This document shows, piece after piece, positions 37,313 through 47,400 of a stretch of 64,000 bases of DNA (the first letter of the stretch is position 1; every line of letters starts with the position of its first letter). Where the stretch lies: the NCBI GenBank assembly GCA_018969615.1, contig JAGWYA010000001.1, positions 54,567-118,566 of the forward strand, in the 5' to 3' direction. The translations under genes were made by a program, and so were the position numbers. The notes below the pieces were generated by a model. That model worked only from the letters and a program-made list of their open reading frames with translations. It had not been told where the DNA came from and did no database searches. This DNA is from Patescibacteria group bacterium. Its GTDB lineage: Bacteria > Patescibacteriota > Minisyncoccia > UBA6257 > 02-FULL-45-10c.

Positions 37313-37340
37313 GCTGCAAAGCTGTCCAAGACTCCCAGGT
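37313..37340 (+). repeat. degenerate tRNA-3'-end-like repeat C
   Basis: GCAAAGCTGTCCAAGACTCCCAGGTCG, preceded by TAGTAGCT as is the copy at 36361. Confidence 0.6.
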
Positions 37341-37386
37341 CGTTTTTTGAAAATAAAAAAGCTCCGCCGAAGCGGAGCTGAGGAAC

Positions 37387-37884
37387 TTACTTTTCGTTCT
37401 TATTGAGAAAGATGACGGATTTGACCACGCCTCCATTGAAAACGCGAATGGATGCTTGGACGCCGCTGATGGTCGTACCGTGATAAAGCAGCCGCATTCC
37501 GATCACCGCATTAGAAGGAATGGTCCACCAAGAACCGTTCACCTTCACCTGAGTGCAACGCTTCCCTCCGGAAGAAAAGTCGAGTAAGTCTCGAATGGAC
37601 GGGCCGTTGCCGAGCAGGCTAGCCTCAAGGACGAGATACCTTGCTTTATTCGGATCGGGGCCATCGCTGAACTCTTCTTCTGTCCCAATAGTGACCGGGG
37701 GGCGAGGCTGAGCGAAATGGACCTGCACGGGAACACGGCGAAAGATCACCCATGGCTTCGCGTGGTAGTCCGGCCACTGCACCGTCGTGCTTGTCGAAGG
37801 GTTCACCGCGGAAACCGCGGTGGTCGCCATGCTTCCGAAGCAGGGCATCAGACACATCGCCAACACCAGACCCAACTTCTTCAT
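37387..37884 (-). CDS. secreted hypothetical protein
   Basis: Signal peptide MKKLGLVLAMCLMPCFGSMA; RBS GGAGGAAG; terminator AGCTCCGC-CGAA-GCGGAGCT at 37352-37378. Confidence 0.55.
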   Translation of the reverse strand: MKKLGLVLAMCLMPCFGSMATTAVSAVNPSTSTTVQWPDYHAKPWVIFRRVPVQVHFAQPRPPVTIGTEEEFSDGPDPNKARYLVLEASLLGNGPSIRDLLDFSSGGKRCTQVKVNGSWWTIPSNAVIGMRLLYHGTTISGVQASIRVFNGGVVKSVIFLNKNEK

Positions 37885-38078
37885 GCTTCCTCCGTCCTGT
37901 TTTTGAAAGTAGAAGACCTGATCCCAATATAGGGGAGGAGAACCTAAAAAACAAGGGTTCGAAAATTATCCGTAGCTCCCGGCAAACTCAAAAAGGATCA
38001 GGCCTTCAATGAAAGGGCGCGTGTTTAAGTAAGGCCCATCCATCGCGCTCAAGGATAGAAAATGATAGAATAAAAACC

Positions 38079-38507
38079 ATGAAAACCGCAAAAGAAAAGC
38101 TGCAAGCTGCCATACAATATGCAATGGCAAATCGTCCGAAGATCGGCGGGTTTCCATTCCTTGCGGAGTGCCTCCGGCGGGCGGGAGTAGAACGTAATTT
38201 TTGGTCGCTTCCCGGAGCGCAAAGTATCTATGTCATGAAAGACGACGCCGTTTTTAATCAAGGCACCCCCTTGGCGTCAGGAATGGGGGATGTGCCCGCT
38301 TTCGATGAAAAGGCCCTTATTACCGCGCTTCGCACCGATCAGGCGGGACAAAGCACATTTCCGGAATTCCTTATTGCTTCGTGGAAAGCCGGCGTTATCA
38401 GTTATGAAGTCGATCTTTCCGCCCGCACTGTCACATACCGCGGCGCTCAAGGGGGAAAATATATCGAATCGTACCCGGCAGTTGAGATCGGCGACATGGG
38501 GATCTAG
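38079..38507 (+). CDS. DUF1398-like (YbcV-like) protein
   Basis: Recalled family pattern FPEFLIASWKAGVISYEVDLSARTVTYRG; TAGAAT -10 8 nt upstream of ATG. Confidence 0.4.
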   Translation: MKTAKEKLQAAIQYAMANRPKIGGFPFLAECLRRAGVERNFWSLPGAQSIYVMKDDAVFNQGTPLASGMGDVPAFDEKALITALRTDQAGQSTFPEFLIASWKAGVISYEVDLSARTVTYRGAQGGKYIESYPAVEIGDMGI

Positions 38508-38621
38508 CTGATCCATCCAAACATTGGATCCGATAAGAAGCCGTGTACGATCTGTGCGCTGTGCGCAAGGCCGAGGATGTCAGTAGTAAAAAAACCCGCG
38601 CAGTGCTTGCGCGGGATCGAT

Positions 38622-39071
38622 CTAGAGATCTTTAACGAACTCTCTGAATTCGGGATCCGGGACTCCGTTTTTATCGGCCTCAGGAGGAAGGGGTTCGGCT
38701 TTGAATTTCTTCTCCACCCATTCTCGGACCTGTTGATCCGCGATCCCTTTCATGGCTTCTTCGGCACATTCCGCCCTGAGCTCCAAATGGAGCCCGGGAT
38801 CGACCGCCTCGATGACCATCCTGAAAGTAACCTCCTGCCGATACGCGAGCCTCAGACGCTCGTGAAATTCTGTATAAGGGAATTCTCCGGCGTCGTGCTC
38901 TTCAAGGCGCACCATCGCAGGCTGGAGAAACATACCGAGACTAACTCCTTCGGCACTTTCCGGAGCCGTTCGATCGTGTTCAAGAATGAATCGCTGACCA
39001 TGATCCTCGATCACTGCTCGTCCAGTCTCACGGCAGAACACTGCCTTGGCCATCAGGAACCTCTTTATCAT
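38622..39071 (-). CDS. hypothetical protein (149 aa)
   Basis: Terminator CCCGCGCA-GTGCTT-GCGCGGG right after the stop. Confidence 0.45.
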   Translation of the reverse strand: MIKRFLMAKAVFCRETGRAVIEDHGQRFILEHDRTAPESAEGVSLGMFLQPAMVRLEEHDAGEFPYTEFHERLRLAYRQEVTFRMVIEAVDPGLHLELRAECAEEAMKGIADQQVREWVEKKFKAEPLPPEADKNGVPDPEFREFVKDL

Positions 39072-39123
39072 TATTTTGAACTAACTCCACTATAAAGCTC
39101 CGATGCCACTTTTTCAATAAAAA

Positions 39124-39894
39124 CTACAGCAGATCTTTATATCCGTTCATAAAATCCCTGTACGCCATCGGTTTTTTGCCTTCCGGCTGGACTTTGAGAA
39201 GAACCAGTGCGCCATCTTTCAATTCGGCTTCAAGCAGTTTCATCCGGATCTGTTTTCCGTTCTTCAGTGAGAGGATCGTGAACGCACCCGGCTCAGGGTT
39301 CATCGCGCGGACCTTCCGCGCCACCACTTTCGGATCGTCAGCCTTCAGATCAACCTGCGCGTCGGCGGTCACGAATTTCTTCGTGAACGTCGCCGCTTTT
39401 TCATTCTGAGATTCCGCATGCAAAGTTCCATCAAGCCACTTCGGCAACGCCGCGACCAAAAGTCCGGAGCCGAGATGAGCAAGCCGGTCGATCATCGTTT
39501 CATAGGTGTCCGTTTCCGCGATCGGCGCCACAGCGCTTGCAAGGACCGGCCCGTGATCAACGCCTTCATCGATCTGAAAGATCGCCACGCCCGTTTCGTG
39601 CTCGCCGGCAAGGATCGCCGACTGAATAGGGGAGGCGCCGCGGTATTTCGGCAGCAGGGACGGATGCACGCCCAGCGTTCCTTTCGGCGGGATCTCCAGC
39701 AGATCTTTTTTCAGGATCTTGCCGAACGCCGCCACCACGAACACATCCGCCTTCAGCGACTTCAAATATTCCAGGTCCAGCGGCGCGCGCGCATCGCGGA
39801 TCTCCGCGGCCGGCGTCATGCCCGCTTTCTTCAGATCATCGAGAACCAGTTGTGCGAAGCGGGATTCCTGCCCGCCGAAGAAGACATAGCGCAT
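39124..39894 (-). CDS. fmt: methionyl-tRNA formyltransferase (short form)
   Basis: Formyltransferase N-domain motifs (VVAAFGKIL, HPSLLPKYRGASPIQ). Confidence 0.85.
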   Translation of the reverse strand: MRYVFFGGQESRFAQLVLDDLKKAGMTPAAEIRDARAPLDLEYLKSLKADVFVVAAFGKILKKDLLEIPPKGTLGVHPSLLPKYRGASPIQSAILAGEHETGVAIFQIDEGVDHGPVLASAVAPIAETDTYETMIDRLAHLGSGLLVAALPKWLDGTLHAESQNEKAATFTKKFVTADAQVDLKADDPKVVARKVRAMNPEPGAFTILSLKNGKQIRMKLLEAELKDGALVLLKVQPEGKKPMAYRDFMNGYKDLL

Positions 39895-39941
39895 AGATAG
39901 TAAGTAGTACGTTGGCAGTAGGCAGTAAAAAGACGGTGGGA

Positions 39942-40433
39942 TTAAGAATGTTCGACTTCATATTTATGCAGCCCCGTCGCTTTATCGATAAAAACCGTGC
40001 CGTTCAAGTGATCGGTCTCATGCTGGAACACGCGGGCGAGCAGGCCCCACGCTTTGATCTTGATCTTCTTGCCGTTCTTGTCATACCCCTCCAGCGTCAC
40101 TTTCTCCGGACGGGTCACGTCGCCGAACACCTCGGGCACGCTCAGGCATCCCTCTTCGATCGTGTCCGTTTCGCGGGAGAACTTCGTGATCTTCGAATTA
40201 AAGATCGCGTAGAACTTGTCATTGACCAGCGCGACGAACACATGCATATCAAGTCCGATCTGGTTCGCGCTCAGGCCGACACCGTTCGCATCCTTCATCG
40301 CTTTGCGCATGCGCGTGAGAAGCGCGCGGATCTCTTTCGGGGAATGTTTTGAAAAATCAAAAGGCGCCATCCGTTTGCGGAGGAGCTTCAGTTCCTGCTT
40401 GTTGTCGATCACCCAAATGCCGTGTTCGGTCAT
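39942..40433 (-). CDS. def: peptide deformylase
   Basis: GLSANQIG, EGCLS, HETDHLNG metal-binding motifs. Confidence 0.9.
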   Translation of the reverse strand: MTEHGIWVIDNKQELKLLRKRMAPFDFSKHSPKEIRALLTRMRKAMKDANGVGLSANQIGLDMHVFVALVNDKFYAIFNSKITKFSRETDTIEEGCLSVPEVFGDVTRPEKVTLEGYDKNGKKIKIKAWGLLARVFQHETDHLNGTVFIDKATGLHKYEVEHS

Positions 40434-40440
40434 AGTCGTT

Positions 40441-40785
40441 TTATTTTTTCGTCGGCGGGCGGGACCGATAATTGGATCCCGGTCTCGGCTTCGTTTCTTT
40501 ATTCGGATCGCCCTGATTGCGGCGAAGCTCGGAGAGCATTTTCATAAAATACGCCCCGCGGTTATCGACATTCTTCCGCTCCGCGAGATCTTTCGCCATA
40601 CGGATCAGCTGCGTATTATCGTACAGCTTCGCAATGCGCATATACAATGATTTATGTTCCTGATCATGCAGCAGTTCCGCGAGAAGCAGTCCCGTCGATT
40701 GGAACGGCACATAGACTCGCGATTTCTTCACGCGTTCTTTGAGCGTCTTCACATACTCATTGTTGATGCCGGAGAGCGGGTCCAT
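40441..40785 (-). CDS. hypothetical protein upstream of def-fmt
   Basis: 114-aa ORF in the same orientation, 8 bp before def. Confidence 0.4.
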   Translation of the reverse strand: MDPLSGINNEYVKTLKERVKKSRVYVPFQSTGLLLAELLHDQEHKSLYMRIAKLYDNTQLIRMAKDLAERKNVDNRGAYFMKMLSELRRNQGDPNKETKPRPGSNYRSRPPTKK

Positions 40786-40814
40786 AACGTCTATTGTATG
40801 CTATAGTATTCGGT

Positions 40815-41375
40815 ATGAAAAGACGCTTGTTCATCGCCCTTGATCTTCCGGAGGATCTGAAACGATCGCTTGCGCGGGAAGTAGAGGCGATCCGCTATCA
40901 CTTCACAGACGACGTCCGCTTTATGGCGCCGGAACAGTGGCATATCACGCTCGCATTCCTCGGCGACCAAACCGACGAAACGCTCCCGCTCATCACCGCG
41001 GCCATGGAGAAAATAGGGAAACGCTTTACGATCCCGGAGATCGAACTGACGAACATCGGATACGGACCAACGGCAGCCGCGCTCCGGATGGTCTGGCTCA
41101 ACGGATCCGATGCTTCATCCCGCGCGCTTCAGCCGCTCTCCGAAGCGCTTACTGATGCTCTCGTGGAAGAAGGCGTGACTTTCCGCCGCGAATTCCGCCA
41201 ATTCAGGATCCACATTACGCTGGCGCGCTTCATGACCCATGACAACCTTCCCGAGCTCAACCGTCCGTTCACCCATGCCTTTGAGGTCCCGGCAATGGAC
41301 CTGATGGAGTCGACGCTGACCCGTTCCGGCGCGGAATATGCGCTTTTACAGAAAATAAAATTTCAGGTAGACTAA
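40815..41375 (+). CDS. thpR: RNA 2',3'-cyclic phosphodiesterase (2H family, ThpR/LigT-like)
   Basis: Two HxT/S motifs (HITLAFLG, HITLARF); leaderless (TATAGT 6 nt upstream). Confidence 0.75.
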   Translation: MKRRLFIALDLPEDLKRSLAREVEAIRYHFTDDVRFMAPEQWHITLAFLGDQTDETLPLITAAMEKIGKRFTIPEIELTNIGYGPTAAALRMVWLNGSDASSRALQPLSEALTDALVEEGVTFRREFRQFRIHITLARFMTHDNLPELNRPFTHAFEVPAMDLMESTLTRSGAEYALLQKIKFQVD

Positions 41376-41390
41376 CAAGAACAAGGTTCT

Positions 41391-42656
41391 ATGCTTGAAG
41401 AATTCAAAAAGAAATACGGTCATCACATTCCGCTCTACACGGCGGTCTTTATCGCGGTTGCGGCGTTCGGCATGCTGACCTTCTATACCGGCTATGAGAC
41501 CGGAACGCTCCACCCGAGAACGATCACGATCGACCACGTCACGAACACTTCCGCCGACGGCATCACGAACGTGAATTTCGGCACCTTCTGGGAAGCATGG
41601 GATATGATGAAGAATCAGTATCTCAAGGGTGCATCGACAACGGACCAGCAGCTGGTCTACGGCGCGATCAACGGCCTCGTGAACTCGGTCGGGGACCCGC
41701 ACACGGAATTCTTCCCGCCGGCTGATGCGACAAAGTTCGAACAGGACGTCGCCGGGAACTTCGGCGGTATCGGCGCCGAGATCGGCACGAAGAACAATAA
41801 TATTGTCGTCATCGCTCCGCTGAAAGATAATCCTGCGGCTGCGGCGGGGCTCAAGGCGGGGGATATCATCGCCGGGATCGACGGAAAGACCATTGACGGA
41901 ACCGACGTCAACGCAGCCGTTGAAAAGATCCGCGGCGCCATCGGCACGCCGGTCACCCTGACGATCTTCCGCGACGGATGGACCAGTACAAAAGATATCA
42001 AGATCGTTCGTGCGAACATCCAGGTTCCGACGCTTGATTCAAAGATCATCCATGCCGGCGGCAAAAAGATCGCCTATGTTGCGCTTTATGAATTCAACCA
42101 GAATGCTCCGATCGATTTCTACCAAGGAGCGCTCACGGCATTGCTTAACCGCTCCGACGGCATGATCCTCGACCTGCGCGATAATCCGGGCGGCTTCATG
42201 GAGGTTGCGGTCAACCTGGCCGGCTGGTTCGTTGATAAAGGAACAACCGTGGTCAGTGAACGCTTCCGGAACGGCAGCGAACAGGCATCTTATGCCGATG
42301 GCAATGAGGCGCTCAAGAATATGCCGCTCGTTATTCTGGTGAACAAAGGCTCCGCTTCCGCGTCCGAGATCCTTGCCGGAGCGCTCCGCGATATCAAAGG
42401 CGCGAAGCTCGTCGGAACGAATACCTATGGCAAAGGGACCGTGCAGGAGATGCGCAGCCTGAGCGACGGATCGTCCATTAAGCTGACGATCGCGAACTGG
42501 GTCCTTCCGAACGGCACGATCATCAGTGAGGACGGTTTGACCCCGGATGTTGAAGCCGATCTCACCGATGCGGATATTGCAGCAGGAAATGATACTCAGC
42601 TCACGAAAGCGGAAGATGTCCTTTTGCAAGAGATCGCTTCCTCGACGCCGCAGTAA
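41391..42656 (+). CDS. carboxyl-terminal processing protease (S41) with PDZ domain
   Basis: PDZ (GLKAGDIIAGIDG), S41 catalytic Ser/Lys region (NKGSASASEILAGA). Confidence 0.85.
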   Translation: MLEEFKKKYGHHIPLYTAVFIAVAAFGMLTFYTGYETGTLHPRTITIDHVTNTSADGITNVNFGTFWEAWDMMKNQYLKGASTTDQQLVYGAINGLVNSVGDPHTEFFPPADATKFEQDVAGNFGGIGAEIGTKNNNIVVIAPLKDNPAAAAGLKAGDIIAGIDGKTIDGTDVNAAVEKIRGAIGTPVTLTIFRDGWTSTKDIKIVRANIQVPTLDSKIIHAGGKKIAYVALYEFNQNAPIDFYQGALTALLNRSDGMILDLRDNPGGFMEVAVNLAGWFVDKGTTVVSERFRNGSEQASYADGNEALKNMPLVILVNKGSASASEILAGALRDIKGAKLVGTNTYGKGTVQEMRSLSDGSSIKLTIANWVLPNGTIISEDGLTPDVEADLTDADIAAGNDTQLTKAEDVLLQEIASSTPQ

Positions 42657-42685
42657 TAGAAAATATCAGGACAAAAAAATCCCCG

Positions 42686-43408
42686 TTAAGCGGGGATTTT
42701 GATTTTCTGAATGAGCATGTCGAGAACCTTTGTAGCAACCGACTTGATCATCTTACGTTGGTTGAGCTTCGTTGTGTCCAAGAGGCGCAACTGAGGATAT
42801 CGAGGTGACAGATCTTTATAAGCGGATCGATAGCGATCGGCAAGAACTTTGATCGTCGCCGGATTCGTCGTTTCGCCCATCTTATTACTGAGCGCATTAA
42901 GCCTATTGCGCTTCATGGCTTCTTTAGGATCAGCCACCATAAAATAAGCAACATCGATCTTATCCATCCAAAGCGGCGAGAGAAAGAAGGATTGATACAG
43001 CTTAGCCCACTCGGGCGTAAGCAGTTCTTTTCCTTCCCAATACATCATCCAGCAGTAGGCGTCGAACACGCAGCGGTCAAAGATCACGATGTCGTAGCTA
43101 TGGCCGAAGCTCTGATCGATCAGCGCCGTCAGCGCATAAAGGCCGGTACGCAGGTTATAAACCGGGGTAGTCCGGGGAATATGCCGAATGACTTCGGCGC
43201 CTTCCTGCGGCGTCCAGACACGCAAACCCATCTTCCGAAAAAAATTATCAAGCTCTTTAATGGTCGTGGTTTTTCCGGCATCCGGCGATCCGGTGAACTC
43301 AAGAAAAAATGGCCGAGGGAGAAAAGATTGATCGTAACGCTTTCGCGTTTTCAGATACTTATGAATCCGATCGGCTTTCCGCTCGAAGGCATTCTTGTTT
43401 TTGCTCAT
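42686..43408 (-). CDS. P-loop kinase, deoxynucleoside-kinase-like
   Basis: Walker A GSPDAGKTTT, ERS-like motif FDRCVFD; RBS AAAAGGAG. Confidence 0.5.
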   Translation of the reverse strand: MSKNKNAFERKADRIHKYLKTRKRYDQSFLPRPFFLEFTGSPDAGKTTTIKELDNFFRKMGLRVWTPQEGAEVIRHIPRTTPVYNLRTGLYALTALIDQSFGHSYDIVIFDRCVFDAYCWMMYWEGKELLTPEWAKLYQSFFLSPLWMDKIDVAYFMVADPKEAMKRNRLNALSNKMGETTNPATIKVLADRYRSAYKDLSPRYPQLRLLDTTKLNQRKMIKSVATKVLDMLIQKIKIPA

Positions 43409-43458
43409 ACCGCTCCTTTTGGATTTGGAATGATCTAATGTAATATTACTAATACGCT

Positions 43459-44037
43459 ATGGAAAAGTCTATGAAACCTGTGTATATCGGTCTCGACATG
43501 GACGGCGTGATCATTGATCACACGCTCCCGAAGATCCGTCTTGCCGAGCGGTACGGCATCACGATCACGCCGGAGCAGACACCCTCGGAGATCATGAAAA
43601 CGCTCCTTCCGGCGGAAGCTTGGAAAGAGCTCCAGCATACGCTTTACAGCGATCCTGCGGTCGCATTCGCATCTCCGGTCATGCGCGGCGCGCGGCCGGC
43701 GCTGCGCGAACTTTCCGAGAAACGCATCCCGTTCGCGCTTATCTCGCGGCGCAAGGATCCTGAGATCGCGAAAACGCTTTTAAAAAGAAGCGGCCTTTGG
43801 GGCGCCTTCTTCCATGAAGAAAATACCTTCTTCGTCAGCGCACCGGAAGACAAGAACGTCCGCGCGCGCGAGCTCGGCGTCACGCATTATCTCGACGACG
43901 AACTAAAAGTGCTCGATGCCTTGGCGCAGGTACCGAACCGATACCTTTTTGATAAGTACGGCGCGTTCGGAGAACGAAACACCTATCCTGCGATCCATTC
44001 CTGGCAAGAATTCCTGATGACGATCGATCTGCTCTAA
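43459..44037 (+). CDS. HAD-superfamily 5'(3')-deoxyribonucleotidase-like hydrolase
   Basis: Motif I LDMDGVIID typical of the NT5C-type HAD family. Confidence 0.5.
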   Translation: MEKSMKPVYIGLDMDGVIIDHTLPKIRLAERYGITITPEQTPSEIMKTLLPAEAWKELQHTLYSDPAVAFASPVMRGARPALRELSEKRIPFALISRRKDPEIAKTLLKRSGLWGAFFHEENTFFVSAPEDKNVRARELGVTHYLDDELKVLDALAQVPNRYLFDKYGAFGERNTYPAIHSWQEFLMTIDLL

Positions 44038-44083
44038 AAAAGGGATATGGTATACTAAGGATATAAACGAAAATAATAACTTT

Positions 44084-44527
44084 ATGAATGAAAATAACAA
44101 GAAAATGGTTCTGGCAGGCGCAGGAGTGGTCGTCGTACTGATACTGGTCGTCTGGGGCATTATGGCGCTTCGCGGCGGCCAGCAGACCAATCAGCCGTCG
44201 AATCCGACCGCAGCAGCCGTACCGGCGCCGTACACCGGACCGGTCCAAGCGCCATTATCAGGCACTGACCTCGCAAAAGCATCGCCGGACGTTTCGATCA
44301 ATGACGGATCGTTCTCACCGGGAAGCGTAACGATCAAGCAGGGTGACCGCGTGATCTGGGTGAATAAAGGGACTAATGTGCATGCCGTTACCAGCGATGG
44401 AGGATTGTTCCAGAGCCTCATCCTGAACCCGGGCCAGCGCTATCAGTTCACCTTTACGGTCAAAGGAACCTTCACGTATCACGACTCGACCAACACGGGC
44501 ATGACCGGAACGGTTATCGTTCAATAG
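44084..44527 (+). CDS. membrane-anchored cupredoxin-like protein
   Basis: N-terminal TM; beta-rich C-domain with His and Met ligand candidates (NVHAVT, YHDSTNTGMTG) but no Cys. Confidence 0.4.
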   Translation: MNENNKKMVLAGAGVVVVLILVVWGIMALRGGQQTNQPSNPTAAAVPAPYTGPVQAPLSGTDLAKASPDVSINDGSFSPGSVTIKQGDRVIWVNKGTNVHAVTSDGGLFQSLILNPGQRYQFTFTVKGTFTYHDSTNTGMTGTVIVQ

Positions 44528-44530
44528 CCT

Positions 44531-44770
44531 ATGCGTATCCACGTGCGTGTTCGCCTGAACGCGCGTGAAGAGAAAGTGGAAAAGGAGATCATACAGCGCC
44601 TCGCCGGAGAAGAGACGCTGTATCGTGTTTCCGTGAGAGCGCTGCCCATAGATGGAAAAGCGAATATCGCGGTCATCAAGGCGCTTGCCGCGCATTTCAA
44701 GACCGCTCCTTCCCGCGTCCAGATCGTGGCGGGACACGCTTCCCGTGAAAAGATCGTTGAACTGAACTAG
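44531..44770 (+). CDS. YggU/DUF167 family protein
   Basis: 79 aa, V...A.P..GKAN..VIK.LA pattern. Confidence 0.65.
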   Translation: MRIHVRVRLNAREEKVEKEIIQRLAGEETLYRVSVRALPIDGKANIAVIKALAAHFKTAPSRVQIVAGHASREKIVELN

Positions 44771-44824
44771 TTCGTCCTCAAAGGACTTATTGACCACAAT
44801 ACCCCCCTGGGGTATCATACTTTT

Positions 44825-45094
44825 ATGAAGAAAACCACGAAAGCGAAGGTCTTGCGGCGCCTGAAGATCCTTGAGGGTCAGGTCCGGGGCATTCACAAGA
44901 TGATCGAAAAAGATATTTACTGCGTCGATATCCTGCATCAAACGCTTGCGCTTAAAGAAGGATTGTCCGGCGTCGAAAATAGCATCCTGGAGAACCACTT
45001 GGATACGCACGTGGTCCAGCAGATAAAAAAGGGGAAGTCGGCAAAAGCAACGCGCGAGATCCTGTCGATCTATAAACTTTCCCGAAAAATATGA
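44825..45094 (+). CDS. CsoR/RcnR-family metal-sensing repressor
   Basis: [17 protein letters not shown]...YCVDILHQ...LENHL helix-bundle signature. Confidence 0.7.
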   Translation: MKKTTKAKVLRRLKILEGQVRGIHKMIEKDIYCVDILHQTLALKEGLSGVENSILENHLDTHVVQQIKKGKSAKATREILSIYKLSRKI

Positions 45095-47379
45095 GCTCCA
45101 AAAAGACCTTTATCGTCCGAGGAATGGACTGCGCTTCATGCGCATTATCCATCGAAAAAGCGCTGAAAGCGATGCCGGGAATTTCTTCGGCAAACGTGAA
45201 CTTTGCGACCGAAAAAGCCGTCGTCGAAAGCGACCGCGCGATCGATCCTCATATGATCACCGCGCATATTCAGGAGCAGACCGGCTATGAGCTAGTGGAA
45301 GAAAAACAAATGAACGCTCATGCCGCCGGTATGCAGCACGGCCAGATGAGCCAGATGAAACAAACCAACACCGGCCACGACCATGCGCGCATGCTGAAGC
45401 AGGAAGATATCGCGCTTCTTTGGAAGAAGTTCGCGGCCGGGGCTGTCCTGTCCGCAGCGATCATGCTGCTGGGATCTCTTCCGGCCATTCCGGGAGCAGC
45501 GGCTCTCATATCGCGAAACTCACGCCTCTTTCTAATGGCGCTCTTTGCGACGCCGGTTGAGTTCTGGGTGGGCAGCCAATTTTGGCGGAGCACTTGGGCT
45601 TCGCTCAAGCACGCAACAGTCAACATGGATACACTGGTCGTGCTCGGAACCGGTGCGGCATATTTCTCGGGACTGATCATTACCGCATTGGAATTGAACG
45701 GGGTCCATGTGGGACTGGATGTCTATTTCGACACCGCGGCGGTTGTGACCACGCTGGTCATTTTAGGAAAATATCTGGAAGCCCGCGCCAAAGGAAAAGC
45801 GTCTGAAGCAATTAAAAAATTGCTCACGCTCCAAGCAAAAACCGCGCATGTGCTTCATGAGGGAAAGCATGAAATGGACATGCCTGTCGAAACGATCGCG
45901 ACCGGGGATCTTCTCCTGGTCAAACCGGGTGAAAAAGTTCCCGTGGACGGAACGATCATCTCAGGATGGGCGACGATCGATGAATCGATGGTAACCGGCG
46001 AATCGGTGCCGGTTGATAAGAAAGAAGGGGATGCGGTCATCGGTGCGACGGTTAATACCACAACCACCTTTACGATGCGGGCGACCAAGATCGGCAGGGA
46101 TTCGTTCTTAGCCCAGATCGTTGCGCTTGTGGAATCTGCACAGGCGAGCCGTGCACCGATCCAAAAGATCGCGGATACCGCTGTTTCGTATTTTGTCCCG
46201 ATCGTCCTTGCAATCGCCGCGCTGACGTTCGGCGCCTGGATGGCATTCGGACCTGCTCCGATACTCACGAGAGCGCTTCTGAACGGGATCGCGGTCCTGG
46301 TCGTTGCGTGCCCCTGTGCCATGGGACTGGCAACACCGACGTCCATTATGGTAGGAACCGGAAAAGCAGCTGAACGAGGCGTCATCATCCGCAACGCTGA
46401 AGCGCTCGAGCTCGCCGGAACGGTCACCACGATCGTACTGGATAAGACCGGAACCGTCACCGAAGGGAAGCCCCGTGTCACCGATACGATCGATCGTGCC
46501 GGCCTGGGAGAAGCCGAGGTTCTTCGGCACGCGGCAAGTCTTGGCGCGCTTTCGACGCATCCGCTTGACCGTGCGGTCGCCGAGGCGGCAGGCGACACTA
46601 AGCGCGACGCGGTAAAGAACTTCAGAACGATCCCCGGACAGGGAGTCGAAGGCCTGGTCGCTCTTGCAGAGGGAAACCGCATGCTGTTCCTCGGAAATAG
46701 CCGGTTGCTTGATGCTCATCATATCGATCTCCGTACCGCACAAAACGATATCGAACGCCTTGAGCGGGACGGGAAGACGCTTCTGCTTCTCGCCGATGAG
46801 AAAAAACTTCTTGGCATCATCGCGGTCGCAGATGCGATCAAGCCGACCGCGAAAGAAGCCGTCGAACAACTTCGAAAGCTCGGACTTGATATCTGGATGA
46901 TCACCGGCGACAATGAACGGGCTGCGGATGCGATCGCACGCTCGGTCGGCATCACTCAGATCATGGCCCGCGTCTCTCCTCAGGAAAAAGCGATGAAGAT
47001 CAGCGCGCTCCAGACAAAGGGGGCGCGAGTCGCCATGGTCGGCGATGGGATCAACGACGCCCCCGCACTGACCCGTGCGGATGTCGGCATCGCGATCGGC
47101 GGCGGAACCGATATTGCGATAGAATCAGCCGGGATCACGCTGGTTTCGGGCGATCCGCTTAGTATTGTGCAAGCCATTATGCTCAGCCGAAAAACGCTGA
47201 CTAATATCAAAGAGAACTTGTTCTGGGCATTCATTTATAATATGATCCTGATCCCGGTGGCCGCAGGAGCTCTTTGGCCGTGGTGGGGGATCACGCTTGA
47301 CCCGATGCTCGCAGGAGGCGCGATGGCGCTGAGTTCGCTCTCGGTCGTCCTCAACGCATTACGATTACGCAAAGCATAA
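45091..47379 (+). CDS. copA: copper-translocating P-type ATPase
   Basis: HMA domain [11 protein letters not shown] motif, [13 protein letters not shown]; 4-bp overlap with the csoR-like gene. Confidence 0.9.
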   Translation: MSSKKTFIVRGMDCASCALSIEKALKAMPGISSANVNFATEKAVVESDRAIDPHMITAHIQEQTGYELVEEKQMNAHAAGMQHGQMSQMKQTNTGHDHARMLKQEDIALLWKKFAAGAVLSAAIMLLGSLPAIPGAAALISRNSRLFLMALFATPVEFWVGSQFWRSTWASLKHATVNMDTLVVLGTGAAYFSGLIITALELNGVHVGLDVYFDTAAVVTTLVILGKYLEARAKGKASEAIKKLLTLQAKTAHVLHEGKHEMDMPVETIATGDLLLVKPGEKVPVDGTIISGWATIDESMVTGESVPVDKKEGDAVIGATVNTTTTFTMRATKIGRDSFLAQIVALVESAQASRAPIQKIADTAVSYFVPIVLAIAALTFGAWMAFGPAPILTRALLNGIAVLVVACPCAMGLATPTSIMVGTGKAAERGVIIRNAEALELAGTVTTIVLDKTGTVTEGKPRVTDTIDRAGLGEAEVLRHAASLGALSTHPLDRAVAEAAGDTKRDAVKNFRTIPGQGVEGLVALAEGNRMLFLGNSRLLDAHHIDLRTAQNDIERLERDGKTLLLLADEKKLLGIIAVADAIKPTAKEAVEQLRKLGLDIWMITGDNERAADAIARSVGITQIMARVSPQEKAMKISALQTKGARVAMVGDGINDAPALTRADVGIAIGGGTDIAIESAGITLVSGDPLSIVQAIMLSRKTLTNIKENLFWAFIYNMILIPVAAGALWPWWGITLDPMLAGGAMALSSLSVVLNALRLRKA

Positions 47380-47400
47380 AATCACGGTATACTCACTCAT

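Noticed and set aside
38079-38507. Assigning the DUF1398-like protein and its neighbours to a toxin-antitoxin or defence system
   Set aside because: The DUF1398 assignment rests on recalled sequence pattern only. No partner with a recognisable toxin, nuclease or ATPase domain is adjacent.
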